Source: the human T2T-CHM13v2.0 reference genome, Homo sapiens | DNA: 64,000 nt | Direction: 5' to 3' (one strand) | NCBI RefSeq assembly: GCF_009914755.1 | Contig: NC_060927.1 | Made by a program: the position numbers and the translations under genes | Notes under the pieces: model-generated | Told to the model about the DNA's origin: nothing | Databases searched by the model: none | What the model saw: the letters and a program-made list of their open reading frames with translations, nothing else | Shown here: piece by piece, positions 1 to 13,482 of the stretch | Layout of the letters: each line of letters opens with the position of its first letter | Position numbering within the stretch: position 1 is the stretch's first letter

Positions 1-129
1 GATGGTCATGTGATCAAAACAGACAATTCAGGTCTCTCCCACAGCAATGTGGGTGTGTGAACCCCCAAGGTCAAGTCAGTCTTTATAGAGGAAACTGGAA
101 TATGTAAATGTGTGTGGTGGTCATATTCT

Positions 130-298
130 TCTGTTTTTTGTTTGTTTGTTTTTATGAGACGGGATATCACTCTGCTGTCAACCAGGGTGGAATGCAGCAG
201 CATGATCATAGCTCACTGTAACCTCAAGCTGCTGGCCTCAAGTAATCCCTCAGCCTCCCAAAATGCTGGGATTACAGGCATGAGCCTCTGTGCCCACC
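130..298 (-). mobile_element. Alu monomer (FLAM/FRAM-like)
   Basis: T-rich tail followed by one Alu arm ending GGATTACAGGCATGAGCC. Confidence 0.8.
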
Positions 299-299
299 G

Positions 300-870
300 T
301 GGGGCAGTTCTCTGCTACCTGCCATGTGAGCTGAGGACAATCTGAAGACAAAGACCAGTGACAGGAGACAGAGGCATGCTGACAGCTTTCCAGTTCCCTG
401 TTCCAGCCCTTTCCTGAGGTTTAAATACATTCTACTTCCATGAGCCACCCCCACTCCCAGACCCTTGTAATAAAATTTCCCGTTTTTACTTAATCCCGTT
501 GGAGTTGTGTCAGACTAGGAGTTGCCAACAGGCATTGCCTCCTCAGTCTGTCCTCGCCTTCCTCCTTTCTAAAGGAGCCTCTGCTTCATGAGGGCAGGAG
601 GCAACCTGCCCTGCTCAAAACTTTTCCTAGTCTTTCAGGAAGAGGTGGCCCATGAGATGAATGAGGAGGTTGTCAGTGGGGCTTACAGGGACGTGCTCTA
701 AGAGGGCTTCCCTTTTTCCAGAGTGGTTGGCAGATAGGAGGAATGGTGCCACAGTAGCCATCTGCAGCTGGTAAGTGACCTTTAGCCATATGCTAAGGAT
801 TGCAAAGCAGATCAAGTCAGTCTTTGCAGGGGAAACTGGAACAGAAAAATATGGGCCCTGTGGGGTGGTC
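300..870 (+). mobile_element. Old ERVL-MaLR (MLT1-type) LTR fragments
   Basis: MLT1-like segments, including an AATAAA...TTGGAGTTG terminus near 470-505. Confidence 0.45.
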
Positions 871-873
871 ATC

Positions 874-1175
874 TTTTTTTTTTTTTTTTTTTGAGACAGG
901 GTCTCACTTTGCCGCCTAGGCTGGAGTGCAGTGGAATGATCACAGCCACTGCAGCCTCAACCTCCCAGGCTCAAGCGATCCTCCCTCCTCAGCCTCCAGA
1001 GTAGCTGGGACTACAGGCACATACCACCAGGCTGGGCAATTTTGTTTTTTGTTTTTTTTTTTTTGTAGAAACAGAGTCCACTGTGTTGCCCTGGCTGGTC
1101 TCAAACTCCTGGACTCAAGCTATCCTATCACCTCAACCTCCCAAAATGCTGGGATTGCAGGTGTTGAGCCTACCT
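874..1175 (-). mobile_element. AluJ
   Basis: Poly-T plus full dimer with J-type GAGACAGGGTCTCAC; GTRGTCATC flanking repeat. Confidence 0.9.
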
Positions 1176-1319
1176 GAGTAGTCATCATCTTCTTCTTTTT
1201 TTTTTTTAGACCGTGTCTCTAAAAAAACAAAGGACGTGACCTTTAGCCATATGCTAAGCTAGGTGGAACCTGGAATGTTGAAGATGGAGCCAGCTCTGTT
1301 CTGTCTACCTCCAGACTCC

Positions 1320-1485
1320 TTTCCTATGCTTGCTGTGTCTCTCGTTTCCTTCTCTGCAAAATGGGGAGAATAATAACACCCAGCTCACAGCTGTTGTGGA
1401 GATGAAATAAGTTATTTTTATCTAACAGGCCTAGAACAGCATCTGCCACAAAGTAGGCATTGTATAAGTGCTATTATTATTAGCG
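1320..1485 (+). mobile_element. MIR
   Basis: TTTCCTTCTCTGCAAAATGGGGAGAATAATAAC core-like sequence. Confidence 0.7.
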
Positions 1486-1929
1486 AATAATACAGTCTCA
1501 ACTAGTTTAAGCCCTTGCTTTTCACATCTCAATTATATTAACTAAATATAATTCCTATCCCATACAGTTTGGTTTCTCATACGTACAACCAAATACTCCC
1601 AAGACAAACAGAAATTTCTATTTCTAACACGTCTGTCTGATTTGATGTTAAAATAATTCCAGAATTTCCCCACCAGCAGTGCATAGCCAATCCAATTATC
1701 CCGAGGGTTGTATAGTATCATAGAAAGCCCTGAGCTTGGGAGGCTGCTCTACCTGGTTGCAAACCTTGGTTTCATCACCTGTGAAATAAGGTTAATAGCT
1801 TCTTGCTTAGAGAGACTGCTTTGATACACCCAGAACTAAGTCTGGTACCGAGTAGGCTCTTTATGAAATCCATTAATATTAGTTTACTAGTATATGTAAA
1901 ACATATTCCACTAGTTACCTAAGTATCTG

Positions 1930-2085
1930 TTCATTCATTTACATAATACTTCACTGAGCATTTACTGAACACCTACTATGTGCTGGGCCCTGTATAGATG
2001 AGAAAGCGGGGAGGAGGGAGGTTCACAAGACAAAACCATGGTCCTTGCCTTCAAGGAGCTTACAGTCTAAAAGAGGAGAGGAGAC
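1930..2085 (-). mobile_element. L2 3' end
   Basis: TTCATTCATT...CATTTACTGAACACCTACTATGTGCTGGG...CAAGGAGCTTACAGTCT. Confidence 0.75.
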
Positions 2086-4623
2086 ATGTCTCCAGTGAGC
2101 ACAGACAGCGACCCATGGCCCCGGGTCTGGATGGGGAAGGGGGCACAGATGGCCAGTGCCTTGCCCTGCCTCGGGCCTGCTTGGCATTGGAGCTGGGGCA
2201 GGGTGCTCTAGGAGTGGGGGAGGGGAGATGCAGCACCAGCCAACTCCTGCTATTTTGGGAAATCTTCAGCAGTGAAGAAAGCATTTTCCCAAATCTTTGG
2301 CCAGAGCTTCTCTTGCCTTCTCTCACGCTGCTGTCCCAGTTCCCTGTGGGTTCTGGGTTTGGGGTCACTCTTATGGTGCCTGGAGGCGTGTGAATGCACG
2401 CGCATGTGTGTGAGAGAATGCACGCCCATGCACACGCCCCCTGAGGCCTCCCCACCTTGTATGGGACTTCTCCTGGGCTCATTTTCCCAGCACAGAGATT
2501 AGGAAGAGGGTTTGCTGTAACAGGGGGAGTGAGTGAAATTGGCGAGTGACAGTGAAGGAGCGCAGAGAAGTGGGGGCAGGAGCCAAGGCCGGAGCAATCA
2601 AGAGGCCTGCAGCTACACAGCGACCGGTGCCCTCTGCTCAGGGGCGAAGGATGACGGAGACAGAGGCTAAGAGAGTGTGTATCAGAGCTGAATTCCCCCA
2701 CAGAGCGCAAACCAGTCTCCCAACAGGTGCCCCCTGCACAACCGAACCCTCCCCCGTTTTCAGACAGGGGATCGCCCAGACCACCCCGGGGTGGGTAGCA
2801 GCTGAGTTGCTGGTACCATTCCATTCAGCACGAGGATGCATCGGGCCGGCTCTCCTGCAACGTCCAGCAAGACAGATGCATGGGTAGAGCAGCGGGAAGC
2901 AGCTGATGTGAGTGCCCTAAAAGGGAAAAAACGTCCTGGGAAAGCGGGTGACGGGCTGCAGTCAGGCGGGTGTCTAAGAGGCCTCACGTAGAAGGCGGAA
3001 CTCTCTTGAAGGGAACAAGGGTGGAGCTTCCCCAGCCATCAGGGGCGAAGAGCATTCCAGACAGAGGGCACAGCAGGGGAAAGACTTGGCTCTGGCCTAT
3101 CCTTGGACAATCTGGAGAAGCTGGTGGAGAGAGGCAGAGAGGGAGATGAGTCTGGAAAGCAGGACCGAGGCCAAATCACAGTGAGACTTGAGCACAAACC
3201 TAAAGATTCAGGAGTTTTCCCTCTGCTGAAGAGGAGGATTTGTGGATAGTTTGGGACAGTAGAAAGATGTGGTCAGATCTGTGCATGCTTTGGGAAGTTT
3301 GGTGGCAGTGAGCAAGGGGACAGGTGGATTAGAGCAGGCCATTTGTCAGCAGGGCAACTCTAGACATTGGGAAGCTGGTCTTGCACCCAGAATGCAGCTG
3401 GATCTCAGCCCAATTTGCAGCCTTGTGGAGAATTCCCCAGTCCAACTGTGGGGCTTGGCTCCAGACAGAAGCAGGGAGAATGAGGGATCAGGCTGGAAGC
3501 CGTGTGGCCCACAGAGCTGCACCCAGGCAGGAGCAGCACGGCCACTCATACTGCGGCCGACAAGGAGGTCCTCTCCAGGGTAACCTCACACTTCTTTTCT
3601 TTTTAGTGTAAAAAACCATGAAAGGGTGTCATCAGGAAGAAAAAGACAACCTACGACCCTAAAAGATGGGGGCTTGAGTACAAATGCCTGGAGCATATTG
3701 ACAGCATGCTAGGCACTGTGCTAAGTAAGCTCTTTCCCTGCAAGATCTCACAGCAGCTTTGCAAGAAGGCCAAGAGGTGCCCACATAAGCATCATTCTAG
3801 AAGCTGAGGCACTTGCCCAAGGTCCCCCTGCCACTGCCAGTGAAGCTGGGATTTGAATCCGCGACTGTCTGCTGCATAAGCCCACACCCTGGGCTGCTAC
3901 ACTCACCATCCTCCCTGGAGGACAAACTGGCCCCAGCCTTATCGTTGCATTCCACAGCCCTGGCTCCAAGTGCTCTCCAAGCAGCCCTCCCAGTTTAATT
4001 TGGTTTTCTGAGTTGGCTTCCTTACTAGGGAGAGTGCTTTCTGGCTATAAATTATTAAGCTGACTTCCTGCTGCACACCAGCCTCCTGTGAATTTGGGCT
4101 GTGGGAGGCAGTTTTTCCCAGGTCCTGAATGGCTCCAGAGAAACAAATTCTAGAGGTTCCAGATGGAGAGGGCAGACTCTGGAGCCCCAAGCCCAGAGTG
4201 ATGACAGCCACCTGGCAGCTTCCCCCAGCCCAGGCCTGACAGCCAGGGGCCAGGGTGGGTGGGAAGGAAGGCGATGCTTCCTTTAGTCCCCACCTCCAGC
4301 TCAGTCCATGAGGACCTTTGGGGAAGGTGATTCAGGCCAGTCCTCTTCCCCAGGTCCCCTCCATCCTTGCCTCCATTCAAAGTCTCCACTTGGCTTCCTG
4401 CCTGGGAAAGGGGGAGAAAAAGAGAAGGAAAATAAAAGAAGAGGAAATAGAGGGGAAACCAAGAGCAGGGAAGAATGTGTACTGTCTGCAGTTTGGCAGG
4501 AAGGGAAAGCATTGTGGGGGCAGCCCTCTCCTGCCCCTGCCCAGGGCCACCGAGTATGGTGGCCCACAAGTGGGCTTCTCCGTGGGGGTGGTGAAGGCAT
4601 CTTCCCACCCACACATCACTCAC

Positions 4624-4800
4624 CACTTGTGGGGCCAAGCTTAGCCCAACTCAGCACAAAGATAAGATTGAGATGCAGATGCCTTCCCATTGCTCTGAAT
4701 AGAGCAGATTTGATACGGATTTTCCTCTTTTCTTCCCTTTTAGACCATCTGGGGGACTGGGGCCCAGAGGGAAGATTTGGACCAGAGAGGCAAGGCAGAG
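4624..4800 (-). other. Candidate alternative first exon downstream of the ATG exon
   Basis: Donor GTG|GTGAGT at 4624/4623 in sequence with no recognised TE. Motif evidence only. Confidence 0.25.
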
Positions 4801-5214
4801 GGAGGAAAGCCTTCCTAGCACTTTTTAGCTCTAAAATCTATGGGGGGAGGGTATGGGGAGCCTCTCCTACCCCCACCCCCTTGCCCTCTCCCAGGGGCAA
4901 CTTCATCCCCTGCCTCTGCTTTCTGCAATCTGGGCTGAGTTCTTCTCTCTTCCATATATTCCTAGAAACCTCCAAGTCACGCATGTGTGTCATGAGTGTT
5001 CCGGCAGTCCTCCCTGCAGTCCCACCCACATCCCTCCAGCTGCAATGGGGAAGATAAAAGGAACAAGGTGATGACCAAAAGTTTAACAAGAAGGGCTCTG
5101 ACACAGATTACATGGTTCAGCACTGTACTTTATAGATGAAGAAACTGAGGATGGGAGGAGACAGCAAGATTGGGCAGGGAGCTCGCGGCAGAGACTAAGT
5201 AATAGTAGGATTAA

Positions 5215-5450
5215 GTAACAGTGACAACAACAATAACAACCATGTTATTGTGTACCCAGAAGTGGTCTATGCTCTTTATATTATGCCGTTTAATCCAAAC
5301 AATAACCCCGTGAGGCGGGTATTGTAATCGTCGCCATTTCGTGGATGGGAAAACTGAGGCACAGACCAGTTAAAAGTAACTTGCATGAGGTCAGACTGGT
5401 AAAAGCTGGATTCAAACCCAGGCAGTCGGGCTCAGGAGTCTGCCCCTTAC
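5215..5450 (-). mobile_element. MIR
   Basis: GGGAAAACTGAGGCACAGA...GGATTCAAACCCAGGCAGTC. Confidence 0.8.
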
Positions 5451-6364
5451 TCAATGCCAGCACACCACACAGGACACAGCCATTTAGAAAATGACATTAT
5501 TTGACATAGCCATGTGGGTGGAGCCCAGGCCACTCCAGGGAATGTTTGCAGATGGCGAAAATCTCATAAACATGGTCTATAATCTTCTGTATTTGTGATC
5601 ATAGAGACTGGTCTTGCTCCTACAAACAGAGTAAGTCAACACACGGTAAGGAATGAAAACAAGAAGAATATAACAAGAATGTTTACACCACTTGGGAAAA
5701 CAAAGTGTGAACATCGTGAGGGCAATTGTGTAGAAGACAGACATGTGGAGGAAGATGGACCAAATGCATGCACAGAGAGCATGCAGCCATCGGGGAGAAC
5801 CAGAGCCCTGCCTCATAGAGTAGTAGTGTGGCTTAAATGAAATAAGGTGAATAGCATGTTTGGTTCTTGCCTTGCACAGATTAGCATTACAAATGGTGGT
5901 GGTGGTTTCACTAAGGTAATATCATGAGTAGGATTTTGTTTCTTATTTACCAAACATTCTGTAATGTTTTATTGTTTTTGCAAGGAAAAAGAAAACAAAG
6001 GGGACTTGCCTACTTTAATTGCTGAAATTAAATGCTAAGGATGTCGCCAGACGCAAATCAAGCTTATCTATTCATTAGAGTAGCCTCCTTTTCCTCCTCC
6101 CCCTGGGCAGGCTCTCTCCGTGGAAACATTTCACTATCAGATATTCAGTTGCTGCATAAAATGAAAACTGCATTTGAAAACATGCCCACAACTCAAAAAC
6201 AGGCAGCAAATCCAACTAAAGGCCTGGATTTTCTTGGGATTTCCAGCACCAATTCAGTTGCTCAGCATAAATCTTTGTGGGGAGGGCCCATTTCTACTCA
6301 CTTCCCCCAGTAAGTTTCTTCACATCCAGAGAGTTAGTTCTCTGTAATTCAAAGAGCTCCTACA

Positions 6365-7083
6365 GAGATGGATGGTGGTGATGCTTACAGGACGGTGTGA
6401 ATGAACTTAATGCCACTGAACCGCATACTTGAAAATAGTTAAAATGAGTTGGTGGGAATGTAAAATGGTACAGCCGCTATGTAAAACAGTCTGGAGGTTT
6501 TTCAAAAAATTAAATATAGAATTACCATATGATCCAGCAATTCCACTTCTGGGTATATACCCACAAGAACCAGAAGTAGGATATCGAAGAAATATTTGTA
6601 CACATGTTCATAGTAGCATTATTTACAATAGCCAAAAGGCAGAAGTAACCCAAGTGTCCATCAACAGATAAATGGATACACAAAATGTGAAAGATATATA
6701 CAATGGAATATTATTCAGCCTTATAAAAGGAGGAAATTCTGACACATGCTACAACATGGATGGCCCTTGCGGACATTATGCTAAGTGAAGTAAGCCAGCC
6801 ACGAAAAGATAAACACTGCATGATTCCATTTATATGAGGTACCTAGAGTAGTCAAATCCATGGAGACAGAAAGTAGAATGGTGCTTGCCTGGGGCGGGAG
6901 GAAGCCAGAGTTATTGTTTAATGGGTGTACAGTTTCAGTTTTGCAAGATGAAGTGTTCTGGAGATGGAGGGTGGTGATGGCTGCATAACAATGTGAGTGT
7001 ACCTGATACTACTGAACCGTGGACTTAAAAAGGGTTAAATGGCCAATTTCATGTTATATATATGTTACCACAATTTTTAAAAA
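6365..7083 (+). mobile_element. L1MB 3' end, with a second short L1MB tail fragment at 6365-6447
   Basis: ORF2 C-terminal remnant [38 protein letters not shown] and L1MB 3'UTR. Confidence 0.9.
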
Positions 7084-7220
7084 GGAAGAGCTGCTCAAAT
7101 ACAGTGGACTGAGGTCCTAGGAGGTATGCTGATGATGCCCCAGATGAGGGGGTCTTCTCCCTGCTCTCCCCTCAGTCTGGTACCTGCTGCAGCCCCCCAC
7201 ACTCCCCTGGGCACACTTAC

Positions 7221-7344
7221 CCCTGACCAGTGAGAGAAGCCAGCCCCCTACTGTCCATCCACACCTTAGCTGTTGGGCTGGGGTATCAGGCGGCCCAGGG
7301 ACGAGGTGGTGGGCAACAGGAGACGGACTGAAGCCACAGGGCAT
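7221..7344 (-). CDS. SEMA5B: Semaphorin-5B, first coding exon of canonical isoform (MPCGFSPSPVAHHLVPGPPDTPAQQLRCGWTVGGWLLSLVRG, phase-1 end)
   Basis: ATG at 7344-7342. 124 coding nt end at donor AGGG|GTAAGT (GT at 7220-7219). The peptide matches the recalled human SEMA5B N-terminus. Confidence 0.96.
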
Positions 7345-7382
7345 CCAAGAGACACAGGCCAGGCACCAGCTGGAACCACTCA
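7345..7382 (-). CDS. SEMA5B: 5' part of the same exon: 5'UTR in the canonical isoform, coding (VSGSSWCLACVSW) in the N-extended isoform
   Basis: Acceptor TTCTCCCCCTTCAG|TGAGTGG (AG at 7384-7383). The 38 nt upstream of the ATG are open and in frame. Confidence 0.85.
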
Positions 7383-7486
7383 CTGAAGGGGGAGAATTTT
7401 GGGTAAGTCATGGATACATGATGAACCAGGCAAAAGAGATGAGGTCAGATATAGGCCAGACTGCCCCAGGGACCACATGGTTGCTG

Positions 7487-8290
7487 CTGTGTTTGTTTCT
7501 TGGTGCTGCTTTAACAAATCACCACAGTAATGGCTTGAAACAAACTTTTTTTTTTTTTTAGGCGGGGTCTTGCTCTGCTGCCCAGGCTCTAGTGCAGTAA
7601 CATGATCACAGCTCATTGCAGTCTTGACCTCCTAGGCTCAAAAGATCCTCCTGCCTCAGCCCCCCAAGTAGTTGTGACAACAGGTTGCACCACCATACCT
7701 GGCTAATTTTTAAAACTTTTTGTAGATGTGATCTCACTATGTTGCCCAGGCTGGTCTTGAACTTCTGGCTTCAAGAGAGCTTCCTGCCTCAGCCTCCCAA
7801 AGTGTCCTCCTGCCTCTCTCTCTACAAAGAGACTACAAGCGTGAGCCACCACACCAGGCCTCAAACACACATGTATTACCTTAAGCTTCTATAGGTTAGA
7901 AGTCCAATATGGGTCTCAGTGGGCTAAAATCAAGGCATTAGCAGGACTGCATTCCTCAATGGAGGCTCTGGGGGAGAATCCACTTCTTCACCTTTCTCAG
8001 TTTCTAGAGGCTGCCCACATTCCATAGTTAAAGCTAGCCACATTGCAATCTCTAACCCTTCTTCCGCTGTTGCCTCTCCCGTGGACCACAGCTGGGCAAG
8101 GTTCTCTACTTTTAAGGATCCCTGTGATTACATTGGGCCCATCTAGATCATCCAGGATAATCTCCCTACCTCAAGGTCCTTGACTGAATCACATCTGCAA
8201 ATTCCCTTTTGCATCGTAAGGCACCATATTCACAGGTTCTAGGGATTAGGACATGGACATCTTTGGTGAGCCATTATTCTGCCTGCCACA
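7487..8290 (-). mobile_element. MLT1C/D LTR interrupted by AluJ
   Basis: Typical MLT1 motifs such as GGCTAAAATCAAGG and CATTATTCTGCCTGCCACA. Confidence 0.85.
7545..7861 (-). mobile_element. AluJ
   Basis: Poly-T plus diverged dimer. Confidence 0.85.
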
Positions 8291-9295
8291 CTCACCCTAG
8301 GGACTCCCGCTCAGTCATTCCCACTTGGCAAACACATTTCTGGCATCCAGAGACTCATCTGTGACTGAATTTCTGAAGAAGGAGTAGCAGCCAGCAAATG
8401 GATCCCGGCCAGTCATGGCCACATGGTCTCAGGGAAGAAGGAGCTACTGCTGGAGGAACATCGGGAAGCCCGACATGCAGGCCCGGCGGGTGGTGGAGAG
8501 GGAGGAGCAGAGATGTGGAAATGACAGGCACAGGAAAGGAGAACAGGGTCTGTCCCGTGAGAAAGAGGACGGCCACAAAATGGAAAGGGGAGATTGCGGG
8601 AAGAACTTCCAGGTGAACTGCACTACAACAAAAAGAAATTCATCAACACCGGCACACAAGGTGATCATTATTCACTTCCCAAAAGGATTTTCCAAAGTGT
8701 TCTTTAAGTAATGAGTTCCACTGTGTTCCTAAAATAGGATTTACACCCAATTTTTCAGTAACACATAAAGGGATGCTTGTAAATCTATGGAAATGAAGTG
8801 AGACCAGTAACATCTGCTGCCTTGCTTTCTGTGCTGGTGGTGTCAGAGGGAGACAGAAAGAACCACAGACTGGGGTGATGGGCTCAGACTCTGCCCCAGC
8901 TTCCCCAACCCCCTGACCCCCCATGAAAATTATCCTATTTAATGCACACACCACCCTTACTCTCATTTGACACGTGTATAAACTAGGGAGGCTAGAGAGG
9001 AGGGAAAAGTCACAATGGGTGGCTACAGGTCCGATCTGGCCCAAGGGCACTCTGACCCCAAAGCCCCATTCTTTTGGCCACTCACAGAGAGCAGAGACTT
9101 TTCAGGGTGGCAAAGAGTCGTATGTGTGTCTGTGTTGGTCACAGAAGCTGCATCCCTCCTACATACTCAACGAGATGAGCAGACAGCACCAGGGGCTATT
9201 GCTTACCTAGCAGGTCATTTCTGGGATGCTAATGAAACTTTCAATTACAGACCAAGCCTTTCCCTCTAAAGTTATTAGAGATAAGAATCCAAACT

Positions 9296-9641
<346 letters not shown>

Positions 9642-11302
9642 CTAAAGTTAATAGAGATAAGAATCCAAATGGCCTGAAAGAGGTTAAAAGGCTGTGATAT
9701 AAGTGGCTGATTTTGTGTGTCGTTGGGGAGCCAGCTGTAGCAGATAAGAAGGGAGACAGAGAACACGGGGCATCGGGAGGAGCAGAACATTTGACTCCCT
9801 TGGCTTTCTGGAAATATCACTTGGGCATTAAAACAGATCATATAGAGGAAGGTGCCATAAAAATATTGAACCCTGTTTCTACTTCTCTGTTGTTACAAAG
9901 TCCAGGTTCTTTCTACCCTCTCAGTTGGCCCTAACTTTTCTTTCTGGTTCTTTCTCCCAAATGTGTGGTTCTCAAAGTTTCTATCCTCAATTCCCTCTTC
10001 TCTCACTGTAGCCAATACTGGGTGGTCTCAGCCTCCCTCCCTCCCTCTCTCCCCAGGGCTTCCACTTCCACCCCTGCCCCACTAGCTCCGCAGATTGCCA
10101 GCCCTTCTCTTCCGGACTCCAGACCACCAGGCCGCCTCTGTCTCCATGTCATCCAGGCATCACTACTGCAGCCTGCCCAAAATAAATTTGCCATTTTTCT
10201 CCCTTAACCTGCTCCTCCCATGTTCCTCATCTCTGTCATTGGTCCTACAATTTCCCCAAATATCCTGACTCACGTTTCAACATTCTCAGGCTCTCCTCTC
10301 TGTCTTCTCCTATAGGCAACCCATTGTCGAGTCCTGGCACCTGTACCTCAGTGGATCCCAACCCCAGATGGGATGGCAGGTGACATGTGACATATGAGCC
10401 AAGTATGTGGGGTGGGGGCAGAGGAGGATGGGAGGACACACGTTTCTTCTGGGTAGGACAGCTACCAGCTACGCAGCTCTACTTTCCACCAGCTAACTGT
10501 TGCTGTGTGAGGACACAGGCCCAGACCTGCCTATTTTTAAAGAAGATCTGCACATCTAGATTTATGTGAAAATTTTCCCATGTTTAAATGCTTGCAACCA
10601 CTTGCATTTTTTGAAATCCCTATGTGCACCAAACAAAACATGTCTCTCTGTGACCTCTGGGCTTTGGTCTCTCTCTCCCACTGTTCCTTCTTTCCATTCC
10701 TACTGCCAAAATGTCCATGCCTCCCTCCTGGACAAGGGAACCCGCTCTTCCTGGGTTGCCCTAGCCAGCTTTCTCCCTTTACCCTTTGCTGGTCTCAAGG
10801 CCCCATTGAACAAATGTTGAGTTCTTTAGCTTCAAACTCAAGGCCCTCCAGAGAAAAAGAGAATAGTGAGGGTGAAGGAGACAGAGAAGAGAAGGCTGCT
10901 GCCACTCAGGGTGACAGAGCCATTAATTAACAGAGTTAAACATCTGGTGTTTAATTAACACTCTCCCTCCTCTTTCATTCTCCCTCCCTTTAACTTTCCC
11001 AGAGGGGCTCCACAGTGGGTGAAACTGAGCAGAAACCAGGAGAACAGCCTCCTGGCTGAGTCAGGGAGGGAGGGTGAGGAGGCTGGTGTTTGATTCCATG
11101 TGCTGGAGGGAAGAGGACAGTAGGGTAGCTTTGTGACTGGCTTACTTCAATTAGCATAATGTTCTCAAGGTTCATCTAAGGACAGACTAGGAAGAAGCAG
11201 CTTGACGTTTCAGTGGTAGGGACTGTCCAGAAGTTTCTTGGGCAGGAGCTGGGGGCAGGAGCTCAGTGCCTCGGATTATACAAGGAAGTCCCCAGCTCTC
11301 TT

Positions 11303-11794
11303 TGTGGCTAACATGATTGCCTCCCTGAAATTCATTCCCCCATTGTCTTCGATAATAAACTCCCACATTGCACAGAGTGGCAATGTTCCCAGCCTCAGGT
11401 GAGACACTTGCTTCTTCAGCCTCTTTTGAAGTTACAGGTGCCCAGGTCTGACCAAGGAGAAATAAGCAGAAGTCTGCTACAGGCTCTGGGAAGACATTTG
11501 TCTTCCTTACAAGAGATAGACTCAGTGGGCACCAATCCCTTTCCTTTCTCCACCTTCCTCCCTTGCATTTGAATGTGATGTCTTGAGCTATAGCAGCCCT
11601 GTTTTAACCATAAGACAAGAGACAAGCCAAGAGGGCAACAGAATACCTTGATGCTGTTGAGCCAGTGAGCAAAGACCAGCAGCTGCTGCCACTTCCGAAA
11701 CCTCTTGTGAAGTGATTAAATGAATCTCTCTGTTTAAAGTTATTGTAGATGGTGTTTTCTGTTACATGCATCCAAAAGCATTCCTAAGTGATAC
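11303..11794 (+). mobile_element. MLT1J-like LTR
   Basis: GGCAATGTTCCCAGC...TGTTACATGCATCCAAAAGCATTCCTAAGTGATACA terminus. Confidence 0.75.
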
Positions 11795-12576
11795 ACTCCC
11801 TACCCTAAAACCTCTTCTCTCTAGGGAGATAAGTAAGTAACCACTTATTTAATTAGAGTGGGGTAAAGTGAAGAGCAGACATGCTGCTCAGAGCGCCTCC
11901 CAATCTGGATGGCCCAGGACCCAGGATTAAGAACTGGAAAGCAGATAGTAGAGTGGGCCATGGCTACATGAGATGGGAGCTCTGAGGGAGTCCTCTCAGA
12001 GTCTGCCAGACAGTGGGAGCTCAGCCGACACAGGTTTGTGTGGATACATGAATGGCTGGATGTGCCACTTCTTGGCACAGGTGGCCCAGCGACAACCAGC
12101 TGGAAGGAAGGGACCCTCCAGCAGCTAACTTGAATCTCTCTGATTCCAGACCCTTCTCAGAAGGCCATGCTGGAACACCTCTCCCCTTTAGAAGTTCCCT
12201 CCTCCTCCCCACTTCCCATGATGCCCCCCACACTCTTATTTGGCACTTAATCAAACCTCCCCATTTGCTCCAAATATGGCTCTTGGTTTGACTGCAAACC
12301 CTGGGAGGCAGATACCACTTCCTTTTTCAGCCTCCAGGACCTACCAGTGTCTTGAACACTGAAGACAGTTGATAAATGTTTTCATTTGAAGTTGATGCTT
12401 TGGAGGGTGCAAAGAGGTTTGTGACTTAAAGAGTTGCTCAGAGAAGAGCCCCTCCTAAAAAGAATAGTCCCAGAAGTCTGTAGTACTGCCTGAAATTGTA
12501 CTATCAGACATCGACTACATTGACTAGCTGGGTCACCTTAAGTGAAACAACCACTCTCAGCAACAGTTTTGTGTGA

Positions 12577-13262
<686 letters not shown>

Positions 13263-13482
13263 TTAAGAATGTTTATTATAATAAGCCTTTAAATGTGACA
13301 AGTCTTGGAAGAATTATCGCAGCAATTATTCACTTTTGAATGTAATCTTGTAGATTTTAGGGTGGTGAAGGACCTTAGATTTCCTCCTCCTAACTACCCC
13401 CACACGACTTCTAAACTATCTTCAGAAGTAAGCAAGGATCTTCTCGAGTTGAATTAACGTGGCATTTCCTAGGAGAGAAAGA

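Noticed and set aside
2060-2824. 254-aa minus-strand ORF
   Set aside because: No recognisable domain, low-complexity P/S/G/C composition, and it ends in an L2; expected by chance in GC-rich intron.
2823-2840. REST/RE1-like TTCAGCAC
   Set aside because: Left half-site only; the right half GGACAG is absent or mis-spaced. The similar site at about 20660 is also non-canonical.
4308-5057. 249-aa plus-strand ORF
   Set aside because: Spans purine-rich low-complexity sequence; no recognisable homology.
6429-6671. 80-aa ORF resembling a reverse-transcriptase protein C-terminus
   Set aside because: Dead L1MB ORF2 remnant, not a gene.
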